DNA of 64,000 bases. Source: Rebecca billardiae RCC1528. Taxonomy: Eukaryota; Protista; Haptophyta. Location of the stretch: the NCBI GenBank assembly GCA_965240325.2, contig OZ251245.1, positions 124,001 to 188,000 of the forward strand, read 5' to 3'. Made by a program: the position numbers and the translations under genes. Below the pieces are notes generated by a model. It did not search any database. It saw only the letters and a program-made list of their open reading frames with translations, and was not told the origin of the DNA. Below, piece by piece: positions 1 through 11,261 of the stretch; the first letter of the stretch is position 1, and the number at the start of each line of letters is the position of its first letter.

Positions 1-3000
1 GCGCTCGCGCGCGCGCGACGCCGCGCCCGCGCCCGAGCCCGCGGCCGCGACGGGCGGCGGCGGCGGCGGCGCCGCCGCCGCCGACGGCCGCGGCGCCGCC
101 GACGGCGGCGGCGGCGCCGACGGCGGCGGTGGCGGCGCCGACGGCCCGACGGCGGCGGCGCTCCGCTGCCCCGATGGCCGCCCCGCGCGCAACCTGGCGC
201 TGGGCGCGGCGGTGACGGCGAGCTCGTACGCCTCGCCCGCCGCGTCCGCGCTCGCCCCCGCCGCCGCGCACCTCGCCGCCGACGGCTCGGCCCAAACCGC
301 ATGGGGCGCGGCCGAGGTTCGCGCCGCCTCGGCCGCGCCGCACCTGGCGGCTCTGACGGTCGACCTGCTGCAGCTTGGGTCCGTGCGCGGCGTCTCGGTG
401 CTCTGGGCGGGGGAGGAGGCGGGCGGCGGCGCGGCCGACGGCGCCAACCACGACGCGGCCGACGGCGCGGCGGGCGGCGGCGGCGCCGGCGGCGGCGGCG
501 GCTCTGCTCAGGACGGCGCCGCTGGCCCCTCAGATCAGCATGGGGGCGGCGACCATGCTGACTCTGAGCAGGGGCAGCCGCAGCCGGAGGCGGGGGAGGG
601 CGCCGAGGCGGCGTACGGGTACGACGAGTACGGCGCGCGCACGCACGTGTACGGCTCTGCCGACGGCGAGGACTGGTGGGCCCTCACAGAGCGCCCGCTG
701 CGCGCGGCGGGTGGCGGCTGGAGCGCCGTCGTCGCCGCGCGCCACGCCGCGCGCGCCGCCGTGCGCTTTGTCCGCCTCGTCGCCGACGACGGTTACGAAT
801 CCCGCTCCGGCTCGGGCGGCGGCGCGGAGGCCGGCGGCGCGGCTGGCTCCCCGCTGGCCATCCCGCTCGGCCGGCACGCGCAGGCGCTGCGCCTGCGGGA
901 GCTGCAGCTGCTGGGCTGCCCGCTCACGCCGCCGGCGCCGGCGTTTGTGCCCCACGCGGCGGCGGAGGCGGCGCCGCTGGGCTCGTGGGCGGCGCAGTGG
1001 CCCCCGCCCGAGCCGACGCGCGTCGCGGCGGCGCTCGGGGGCAGCGAGGCCGAGGGCGGGGCGGCTGGTGCGTACGCCGGGACGTGCACGGACGACATGG
1101 CGGTCGACGCAGCGCACGCCTCCGGCCGCGCCTTCGCGCCCGCCGCCTCGTCCGTGTGGCACACAGCGGCGCACGCCGTCGACAGCCGCCCCGGCACTCG
1201 CTGGGCGTCGCCCAACCCGCCGCGCGCCGCGGACGGCGGCCCGCTGCGCGGCGAGCCGTGGGCGAAGTGGGCCGCGGCGCACGGCTGGCTGGGCGTCGAC
1301 CTGCGCACGCCGCACGCGCTGGTCGGCGTGGACGTCCTCTGGGAGCAGGCGTTCGCCTCGGAGTACGCGCTTGACGTCTCCGCGGACGGCGTGCATTGGT
1401 TCGAGCTGAGCGGCGGCGGCGGCGGTGGCGGCGGCGGTGGCGGTGGCGGTGGCGGCGGCACGCACCGCGCGCGCGGGCCGGGCTGGGCGACGGTGCGCGT
1501 GCCGCGCCGGCCTGACGGCACGCACGTCGTCGCGCAGTTTGTGCGCGTGCGCGGCCTCCAGCGGGGCTCAGAGTGGGGCTTTTCCATCCTTGAGCTGCAG
1601 GCGCGCGGCTGCCCCGCGCTGCCGGCGCCGCGGCCGGTGCCGCAGGCGTTGGTGGGGCGCGCGACGCCGCGCGCCGCCGTGGACGTGGCCTCGGCCGGCA
1701 CGGCGGTGCCGGCCTCGCCCGCCGAGTGCGCGGCGGGCGGCGCGGCGCCGCACGAGCTCGTCTCCGCCTTCCGCGCGGCCGCCTCCGCCTCCTCCGCGCG
1801 CGCGGCCTGGGGCATCGAGCACGGCGCGGAGCGCGCGGTTGACGCTGACCCGTCCACCGCGTGGCAGGGGCTGCGGCGCGGCGCGTCCGGCGGCGAGGCC
1901 CGCCCGCCGCGCTTCACGCTCGACCTGCGCGCGCAGTGCGCACTCACACACGTGCGCGCGCTGTGGGGCAAGGGGAGCTCCGCCACCGCGTACACGGTGC
2001 GCGTCGGCGGCGCCGAGTGCTCGCCCGGCGTGAGTGTGGCCGCGGGCTCGGGCGGCCCCGGCGCCGAGCCGCCGAGCTCGACCCAGCCGCCGCCCGACGA
2101 CGACGACGGCGGCGACGGCACGTCGGCTGGCGAGGCCGACGACGGGCCGATGGTTGCGGCGTGGGCGCGCGCGCTCGGCGGCGGCGTGCGCGCGGACGGC
2201 CGCTCGCGCGCGTGGGTCACCACCGCCCTCCCTGCCGGCACGCGCGGGCGGTACGTGCAGCTCGAGATCACGGGAGATCCAGATGACGCGAGATATTCGT
2301 ACTACTCGCTGCATGAGCTCGAGGTGTACGGCTGCTGCTACGCGCCGCCCGCCACGCCGCCCGCCGCGCGCGGCGGCGGCGGCGGCGGCAAGGAGGACGG
2401 GCGCTTCGTCGACTGGTGCGAGCGGCAGCCGCCCGCGTGGCCAGGCCTCGGCGCGGCGACCGCAGGCGGCGGCCGCGGGCGGCACGGCGCGCGCGGCGCG
2501 GGCGCGCCCATCCCGGGTGATGACGTCCGGGCGACGATGATGCGCGCCTTCTGCTGGCTGGTGGCGGTGGTGGGCGCGGCGGCGCTCGGCGGCTGCGTGG
2601 GCGTCGCGCTGCACCGCGCGCGCAGCGGCGAGCGCCTGCTGCCGGGCGGCGCCGCCTCCGGCGCGGCGGACGCGGCGGAGGCGAGCGCAGCCAAGGCCGC
2701 GTGGGCGGCGGAGGCGGCGGCGGCGCCTCCGCCGAGCGGCGGCGGCGGCGGCGGCGGCGCGGACGGCGGCGGCGGCGCGCGGCGCGTGCGCTGGTCCGCG
2801 CGCTCCTCGCAGTCCTCGGCGTTCGGCACGCCGCCGTCCACGCCCGCCTCGGAGCAGCACAGCCCTGAGGAGCGAGCTGCCGCCGCCGCCGCCGCCGCCG
2901 CCGGGCCGGGCGACGCCGACGCGGAGCGCGTCGCGGGCTCGGGCGCCACGGGCGCGGGCGGTGGCCTGGTCGGGCTGGCGGGCTGGCGGCCGCCGTCCGC

Positions 3001-3040
3001 AGAGATGACCACGCTTCGCAAGCCGGCGGCGCACTGCTGA
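1..3040 (+). CDS. Type I membrane protein with three F5/8 type C (discoidin/CBM32-like) domains; 5' end lies upstream of the window
   Basis: Frame is open from the window start. Three repeats of the F5/8C pattern: NLALGAAVTASS (~191); 'AVDSRPGTRWAS...WLGVDL...VDVLWEQAFASEYALDVSADGVHW...FVRVRGLQRGSEWGFSILEL'; 'AVDADPSTAW...FTLDL...GRYVQLEI...YSLHELEVYG'. Hydrophobic TM segment AFCWLVAVVGAAALGGCVGVAL at ~2545-2610. Stop TGA at 3038-3040. Confidence 0.8.
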   Translation, partial: RSRARDAAPAPEPAAATGGGGGGAAAADGRGAADGGGGADGGGGGADGPTAAALRCPDGRPARNLALGAAVTASSYASPAASALAPAAAHLAADGSAQTAWGAAEVRAASAAPHLAALTVDLLQLGSVRGVSVLWAGEEAGGGAADGANHDAADGAAGGGGAGGGGGSAQDGAAGPSDQHGGGDHADSEQGQPQPEAGEGAEAAYGYDEYGARTHVYGSADGEDWWALTERPLRAAGGGWSAVVAARHAARAAVRFVRLVADDGYESRSGSGGGAEAGGAAGSPLAIPLGRHAQALRLRELQLLGCPLTPPAPAFVPHAAAEAAPLGSWAAQWPPPEPTRVAAALGGSEAEGGAAGAYAGTCTDDMAVDAAHASGRAFAPAASSVWHTAAHAVDSRPGTRWASPNPPRAADGGPLRGEPWAKWAAAHGWLGVDLRTPHALVGVDVLWEQAFASEYALDVSADGVHWFELSGGGGGGGGGGGGGGGGTHRARGPGWATVRVPRRPDGTHVVAQFVRVRGLQRGSEWGFSILELQARGCPALPAPRPVPQALVGRATPRAAVDVASAGTAVPASPAECAAGGAAPHELVSAFRAAASASSARAAWGIEHGAERAVDADPSTAWQGLRRGASGGEARPPRFTLDLRAQCALTHVRALWGKGSSATAYTVRVGGAECSPGVSVAAGSGGPGAEPPSSTQPPPDDDDGGDGTSAGEADDGPMVAAWARALGGGVRADGRSRAWVTTALPAGTRGRYVQLEITGDPDDARYSYYSLHELEVYGCCYAPPATPPAARGGGGGGKEDGRFVDWCERQPPAWPGLGAATAGGGRGRHGARGAGAPIPGDDVRATMMRAFCWLVAVVGAAALGGCVGVALHRARSGERLLPGGAASGAADAAEASAAKAAWAAEAAAAPPPSGGGGGGGADGGGGARRVRWSARSSQSSAFGTPPSTPASEQHSPEERAAAAAAAAAGPGDADAERVAGSGATGAGGGLVGLAGWRPPSAEMTTLRKPAAHC

Positions 3041-4060
3041 GCGCCCGGCCTCCGGCCCCGCGCGCCCGCAGGGGCAGCCGCCCCAGGCCGGGGCGGGGGC
3101 GCAGCACCACCTCTTGGCGCGCGCTGCCGCTGCCCGTGCCGGCGGCATCGGCGGCGTGACACTCGGGATGCGCGGGGCACCGCGCGACAGCACGGTGGGC
3201 GTGGCACGCGCCGCGCGGCGGCAGCAGGCTGGGCGCACGGGGTGTAGGCCGGCCGATCACTGAAGCTGCGCCTATCCGCTGTCCCGTGGCGACGATGGCG
3301 ACACTGACACTATCATAGGCTATATATGTGATACAATATTTATACTAGTCGTGTATATATATACATCGGACGCGATAGCGTGATCGATTTATTCCTCCGC
3401 AGAGCCGCGGTAGTCGGCTACTCTCGGAGTCGGGATCACTACGATCGCGCCGGTCGGGCCGGCCGCCCTGCTACCGATGAGCTGCGCGTGCGCTACCGCC
3501 GCGGCTGCCCGCGAGTTCCTCGCCCGTGAGCGCCATCTGAGAGCGAACACATCAGATGCCGGACCGTGGTCAGGGAATCGCACGCGCGGTGACGAGGCTC
3601 GATGCGGCGACCGGCAGAGACTGTCACCCCGCCCCGTCGGTCGCCTTGCGCGTGCTCGCATAGAACAGCCGGATGGTGGCCCCGCACGCGGCTACTACGC
3701 CCATGGGCCACTACGGTCCAGGGGCATGCCCGAGCCGGCCGCGGGCGTCGCCCCGATTCCCATCGCGCTGTGCCTCGGAGCAGGTCCCCGGAGGGAGGCG
3801 GCGCACCGCAACGGCGTGCGGCATCCTCGCGGGCGCCGACGGGAAGGCAGACGGTGCAGCACTGCAAGAAACTGAAAACGTTCTCCGGACTACTGGTAGC
3901 TGTAATCTTGGGGACAACCGCCATCGTGCACCAAGGGCGTGCTGTTTCGACGTTTCGCCTGCGGCGCGCAGCGTAAAGCCCAGCAAGGCCACACGCGGGA
4001 CCGCCGAGTGCTGGCGCCCCGGGGCGGGAGCAAGCGCCCCGCGCCCCCCGGCCCGCGCAC

Positions 4061-7000
4061 ATGGCGACGGAGACTCGCGAGCGCGTCGACGCGATCGCGC
4101 GCGCGCTCTCGGCCGCGCAGAGCGCCACCGCCCTCCCGCCCGACGCCATCGAGCAGCTCACGGCGCTCGGCGAATTGCTTGCCGGAGAGAGCGGAGCCGA
4201 GGGGGCGAGTGGCGGCGCCGCCGACGAGATGGTGGCGGTGGAGGCGGTGCTGGAGACGGGGGTGCTCGCGCAGGTGGTCGACCTGCTCTGGCGCGGCGTG
4301 GGCGTGCTCCACGCCGCGCCCGGCGAGTTCCCGCCGGACGTCGTCGAGCGCTACCAGACGGTGCGCGCGCGCCCCGCGGCGCGCGGCGGGGCGCGCCGAG
4401 CGCGGCGGGGCGCGCGGGCGCGAGGGGCGGCGCCGGCCCGCCCGCCGCTGCGCCAGTCGCGGGTTTTGCTAGCCGCGCGCGTCACACACGCCCGCCCGCG
4501 CTCACCGCCCGACCCCCTCTCCCCTCGCGCCGCCCGGCTACAACGGCGCGCGCCGCGTGCCGCGCGCGCGCACACACGCACGCACACACGCACACACACA
4601 CTCGTGTGTCACGCGCACGCCTGTGCTCTGCGCGTGCGCGCCCTCCCTCGGTCCTGCGGCCCTCCCCCCGCCCCCTGCGCGCAGCTCATCTTCGCGTCGC
4701 TCTCCGTCGTGGTCAACCTCGCCGACCTCGCGCCGGAGCCCGAGGCGATGCTCCGCGCGGGTGTGCTCGAGCTGCTGACGGAACTCCTCACGGACGACGA
4801 CCCGAGCTTCGTGTACTACGCGATTGTGGGCGTGCAGAATTTGATGGGCTCGGGCGCGTGCGCGGGCGCGCTGCTGCGCGCGGGCGCGGAGCCGCTCGTC
4901 GAGGCGCTGGCGGGCTCGGAGGTCGACGCCATCGCCGCCGCGGCGCTCGGCGCACACCACAACATTCTGAGGCTCTTGCGCCAGCTCACCATGCTGGACG
5001 TCACGGACCTGCTGGTCCCCGACGACGACGACGACGACGTCGGCGCGGCCCTCGGCGGCGGCGGCGGCGAGGAGGAGGAGGAGGAGGATGCGCAGCTCGT
5101 GCGCGCGTCGGCGAAGCTGGCGCGCTCGAGCGAGGAGCGCTCGGCGCTTACCGAGCGCGCCGCGGCCGCGCGCGCGCGCGCCGCCGCGCGCCGGCGGCGG
5201 CGCGCGCGGCTTCGCGCCGCCGCGGAGCGCCGCCCGCCGGGCCGCGCGGGCGGGCCGGCCTTTGCGGTGCCGCGCTCGGCGGCGGTGGACGAGCGCGCGG
5301 CGGTGGAGCTGCAGCGCTTCGGCCGCGCGATGGTCGCGCGCCGCCGCGTCGCGCGCGCCGCCGCGATGGAGGCCTCGCCCGTCGCCGCCGCGGCCAAAAT
5401 CTGGCCACGGCTGGAGCGCCTCTGCGCCGCCGTCGCCGAGTGCGCGCGCCGCCGCGGCGAGGCGCAGGCCGCGCTGAGCGCGGCGGCGCGCGAGCACGCG
5501 CCGCCGCCCGAGTCGCCCGAGTACGGGATGCCGCGCAAGGGCTCGAAGTACGCGATGGCGGTGGCGGCGGCCGCCGCGCGCGCCGCGCAGCCGCCCACGG
5601 CGGTGGCGGCAGGCGGCGGCGGCGGCGGCGGCGGCGCGCTCGTCGAGCCGTCGACGGTCGTGCTGCCGACGGAGACGGCGCTCGCGCTGGAGGGCGTGCT
5701 CACCGAGCTGGCGGAGGCGGTGGGCACGGCGACGGCGCTCATCTCCGCGCCGCCGCCCAGCCCGCCGGCGATGCCGCCGGCACAGGACAGCGGCGCGGGC
5801 GGCGCGGCGGCGGACGCGGCCGCCGCCGCCGCCGCGGACGTGGCGGCCGCCGCCGCCGCCGCGTCCGCCGCCGCCGCGTCCGCGCTCGCGTCCGAGCTGT
5901 ACGACTGGTGCGAGCGTGAGCGCGTGTTCGCGCAGCTCGTGCGCCTCGTCGCGCTGAGCATCCCGCCGCCGCCCCCGCCCGAGGACGGCAGCGGCTCCGA
6001 GCGCTGCCTCGGCGTTTCGTCACTAGGCCTCTACTTGGCTCTGTCGACCGTTACAAACTTGGCGGCCATGGACGTGGAGCGGCGGTTCAGCGCGGCGCTG
6101 TTCGGCGCGGGCGCGGCGGGGGTGCTGCAGGACGCGCTCGAGGCCGCGCGGTACGGCACGTCCCCGCCCTCCGCCGCCGCCCTCGCCGCCGCCGCGCTCA
6201 TGGGCGCCGAGCCGCTCGCAGACCCAGACCTCGCCTTTTATTCGGCGTGCGGACTTCGCAATCTCCTGGGCTCGAGATCGCTCGCGGACGCGACGCGCGT
6301 GGACGCGGCGGACGCGGTGATGCGCCGCGCGGGGACGGTGTCGGCGCTGCGCGCGCTCGCCGGCTGCGACGTCGCGCCGCTCGCCGACGCCGCCCTCGAG
6401 GCCTTCACAAACCTCGTGCGCTCGCCCGCGGTGCAGTCGTGGCGGAGGTTTGTTCGGCTGCAGGCGCGCTTCCGCGGCTGGCGCGTGCGCTTCCGTACGC
6501 ACCCCGAGGTGCGCTGGCTGCTCGCCGCGGCGGCGGCGGCGGACGAGATCGCGTACGCGCAGGCGCTCGACGCGGCCGCGCGCTCGTGGCGCGTGTGGGC
6601 CGGCGCGTCCGAGGAGGGCTGGCGCGCGGCGGCGGCGCGCGCGATCCAGGCGGCCTTCCGCGGCCGGCGCGCGCGGCGGCGCGCGGCCGAGGCGCGCGCC
6701 GCGGCGGCGCTGCGCGCGGCCGGCGGCGGCGGCGGCGCGGCCGCCGACGAGGGTGCGCGGCGCGAGCTCGCGGCGCGCGCGCTGCAGGCGCGCGCGCGCG
6801 GCATGGCGGCGCGCCGCCGCCGCGCCGCGCTGCGCAACGTCGCGCCGCCGCCGCCGCGCACGCCGCCCAACGCGGACGACGGCGCGGCGGCGGAGGGCGG
6901 CGGCGCGGACGCGGCGGCGGACGCGCCGGCGTCGGCGGCGGACGCGATCGCGAGCGCCGCCGCCGCGGTGCGCCGCGTGTCGCGCGCGCTCGCCGAGGTG

Positions 7001-8388
7001 GACGCGGACGTGGCCGCGGCGAAGGCGGCGGCCGACGGCGCGGCCGAGGCGGCGGCCGCGGCGGGCGCGGCCGCGGCCGCGGCGGGCGTCGTCGCTGGCT
7101 GGGCGCTCGAGGCGGCGGCGGCCGACGAGGCGGACGCGGCGGCGGGGCGCAGGCCGCCGCGGCGGCAGCTGCGGCACAACGGCGCCGTGCTCGCCTCGCG
7201 CCGCCCGCTCTCCGCCCGCGCCGCCGCGCGCGCCGGCCGCCCCTCGCGCCTGCGCGCCGCCGCGGCCACCACGCTCTGCGCGGCGGCGCGCGGCCAGCTC
7301 GCGCGGCAGGCGGCGCGCGCGGCCGTGCGCGACCGCGCGCGCGCGGCCGCGGCCGCGGCTGCGTATGCGCGGCCGAGCGAGGTGCAGCACGCGGCGGCGA
7401 CGGCGGTGCAGGCGAGCGCGCGCCGCCGCGCCGCCGCGCCCAAGCTCGCCGCCGCGCGCGACGCGCGCGCCGCCGCGTCCGCCGCGCGGCGCATACAGCG
7501 CGCGTGGCGCGCGCGCCGCTCGGCGCGCGCCGCGCGCCGAGCCGCGGCCGCGGCCGCGGCCGAGGCGGCCGAGGCGGCGGCGGCGGCGGCGCGGAAGGAG
7601 GCGGCGGCGACCGCGCTCGGCGCCGCGGCGCGCGGCCGCGCCGCGCGCCGCCGCGCCGGCGCCGCGCGCGCGCAGCAGCTCGCCGCCGAGCGCGCCGCCG
7701 CCATCCGCGCGCGCTTTGGCGCGCACGCGGCCGGCGAGCGCGGCGGCGCGGCGACGGCGTTGGCGGCGGGCGCGCGCGGGATGCGCGCGCGCCGCGCGGC
7801 GCGCGCGCGGCGCGGCGCGGCGGTGCGGATCCAGGCGGCGTGGCGCGGGCGGCGCTCGCGGCGCGGCACGGCCGCGCGCGCGTCCGCCGCGCGCGCCGCC
7901 GCCACGCGCATCCAGGCCGTCGCCCGCGGCCGGCGCGCGCGCGTGCGCACCTCCGATCGATTTGCAACGTTCGAGGCGGCGGCGGTGCCGATTCAAGCGG
8001 CGGCGCGCGGCATGGCGGGGCGGCGGCGCGCGCGCGCGCTGCGCCGCTCGAGCTCGCGCGCCGCGTCGCGCGCCGCGTCGCGCGCCGCGTCGCGCCGCCG
8101 AGCCTCCCACCCCGCCGCGGCCGCGGCCAACGTCGCGCCGCCCCAAGAGCTGCCGCCGGCCGACGACGGCGGCGGCGCCGACGCCGACGCGCCGGCGGGC
8201 GAGGCGGCGGCGGCGGCGGCGGCGGGCGGTGTGGGCGGCTCGGCGGAGGCGTCTCGCCCGGCCACCGCCGCCGACTCGTACGCGGACGACTTTGACGCCG
8301 ACGACGACGCCGCCGCAGCCTCACCCGCCGCCGCTGCTGCAGCCGGCGCCGACGCCGCCGCCGCCGCCGCCGCGCATGCAGCCGCTGC

Positions 8389-8447
<59 letters not shown>

Positions 8448-11229
8448 ACACTGATGATCAGAGCGATGGCGACGGGCTCGACGAGTTCCCGGACTCGGAG
8501 GAGGAGCGCGAGGCGGCGGAGGCGGCGGCGACCGCCGCGGCACTCGCCGCGCTCGGCGGCGCCGCCGCGCTCGCGCGCAAGGCCTCCGCAGACGCCGAGT
8601 CGCTGCGCGAAACTTCGACGAAATGGCGGCGCCGCTCCAAGCAGCTGCAGGCGGCGCCGGAGCAGGTGGCGGCGGTGGCGGCGCGGCGGCGCGCGGCGAC
8701 GAGCGTGCAGGCGGGCGGGCGCGGGATGGCGGGGCGGCGCGAGGCGCGCGAGGCGCGCGAGGCGCGGCGCGCCGCGCGCGAGCTCGCCGCCCTCGCCATC
8801 GGCGCCGCCGCGCGCGGCCTCCTCAGCCGCGCGCGCGCCGACGCCGCCGACGCGGCCGCGCGGCTTGTGCAGGCGCGCTGGCGCATGCATGCGCGCGCCG
8901 CGCGCGCGCCGGCGGAGGCGGAGGTGCGAATGATCCGGCTGCACGCGCGGCGGGGCGCGCACGCGCGCATGCGCGCCGTCGCCGCGCGCCGCGCCGCGCG
9001 CGCCGCCGAGGCCGACGCCGCCGCCATCGCGCTGCAGGCCGCGGCGCGCGGCCGCGCGGCGCGCGCGGCGCGCGCCACCGAGGCGGCCGCGGCGATGACT
9101 ATGCAGGCGGCGGCGCGCGGGCGGCGCGTGCGCGCGGCGTTCGCGCCCGAGCGGCACGCGGCGGCGCTCACGATCCAGCGCATCCACCGCGGCGCGCTCG
9201 GCCGCTCGTACGCCCGCTTCGTCTCCCCCGAGCGCGACCTCGCCGCCACCGCCATTCAACGCGTCGCGCGCGGCCGGCGCGGCCGGCTGCGCGCGCTGCG
9301 CGCGCGGCGGCGCGCGCGCGCGGCGGCGCTGGAGAGGCAGCTCGAGGCGAGCGCGCTCGCGCCGGGCGACCCCACCGCGACGCCCGTGGGCACGCCGGCC
9401 AACCCGCGCGCCGCCGTCTACGTCTGGCGCCAGCAGGTGCGCCGCGGCCCGCGCCGCGCGCGCCGCCGCGCGCGGCCGCGCGCGCCGCCGCGCTCACGCG
9501 CCGCCGCGCTCACGCGCCGCCGCCTCCGCCCACCCGCCGCCGCGCACCCGCCGCCGCGCGCAGGAGCACCGCGAGCGCTCGCTGCGCACGATGGCGTCCG
9601 TGTACACCGACCAGACGATCCGCTTCCACGAGCGCCACGTCGCCGCGCGCCGCCGGAACGTCTCTTACGCCGCGGGCGGGCCGGCGCGCTTCGAGCGTCC
9701 TTCGCTGTCCCCGGGGCCGCCGCCGCCGCACGCGCCGCCGGGCGGTTCGCAGCCGCAGCAGCCGCAGCAGCCGCAGATGCAGTCGGGGCCCGGGGCGTAC
9801 GCGCTCACGCCGCAGGGGGACGGGGCGCACGGCGCGTCGGAGCGCGCGCGCGCGCGCGTGCCCGGCCCCGCCACGCTGCTCCGCCGGCTGCACTCGGCCA
9901 CTTCCTCGCGCGACGGCGGCGGCGGCGGCGGCGGCGCCGACGGCGGCGATGATACCGAGCCTCGCGCGGGCGCGGACGCGGCGCGCGCGGCGGCGGCGCG
10001 CGGCCAGGCGGGGCCGCGGCCGCACTCGCGCACCGCGCCCGCCGAGGCGCGCGCGCGGCTCTCGCAGCTGCTCGGCGAGGCCGAGCACGTGCGCCCCGCC
10101 GACCGCCCGCCTCCGCCGCACGCCGCGCCGCGCGCGAACGCCTCCGCGGCGTTTTATTCGCAAAACGCGAATGGCTCGAATAATAACTCGCACTCGGCGC
10201 AGCGGCACTACTCGAGCCACTCCTATCCGCCGCCCGCCGGCGGCGCGGCGCGGCGCCAGCGGGGCGCGCGGCAGCAGCAGGAGCCACCGCCGCCGGCGTA
10301 CTTCCGCGACGAGCACGGCGAGTACTACTACTACGACGACGGCGGCGGCGCGCACGACGACGGCGCGGACGCGGAGCTGCGCACACCGGCGCGCGGCGGC
10401 GGCGCGGCGCGCGGCGTCGGCGGCGGCGGGCGCGCGGGGTACTATGCCGCGCAGCGATTGGCCGAGCGGTTTGACGAGTTCCCGGAGGAGTCGGCCGAGG
10501 GGGATGGCGGCGCGTGGGGCGCGTCGACGATGCCGCGCGCGCGCCCGCGCCCGCCGCCGCCGCCCGGCCGCCGCCCGCCCAGCCGCGACAGCCACCACCG
10601 CCGCCCCGGCCGCGCGCCGCCGCCGCCCGGCGCCGCGCACAGCGCTCCGCCGCGCGGCGCGCGCGGCCGCGCGCTCCCGCCGCTCGGCGGCTCGCCCGGG
10701 GGCGGGAGCGCGCACACGGCGATCGCGCTGCTCCGCGCGGACGGCACCGTGGGCACGGCGGAGGGTGCGCGCGCGAACGCAGCCCCCCTCGCCGCCGCCG
10801 CCGCCGCCGCGCGCGCGTGCGGCCGCGCGCTCACGCGCACCGCACACGCGCGCACCGCGCACCGCGCACTGCGCGCCGCAGGCGCCGACGCGGCCGCGAC
10901 GCCGCTGCCGCCGCGCGCGCGGCTGCAGCCGCTGCGCGCGGTCGAGCCGCACCTGCTCGCGTACGGCACAGGCAGCCCGAGCCCCAAGGTGCCGCGCGCG
11001 CGCACGTGCGGCCGCCGCCCGCGCGTCCGCCGCCGCCGCGCGTCCGCCGCCGCGCTCGCGCCGCCGCCGCCGCCGCCGCCGCCGCGCGCGGCCCACGCGC
11101 GCGTGCCCCGCCCCCCGCCCCGCCTGCGCCGCACGCGCGCCTCGCAGGCCGAGCCGGACGCGATCCGTGCCGCCGCCGAGGCGCGCATGTCCGCCCTCGG
11201 CTTCCACGGGGCCGTGCTGCACACCGCGC

Positions 11230-11261
<32 letters not shown>
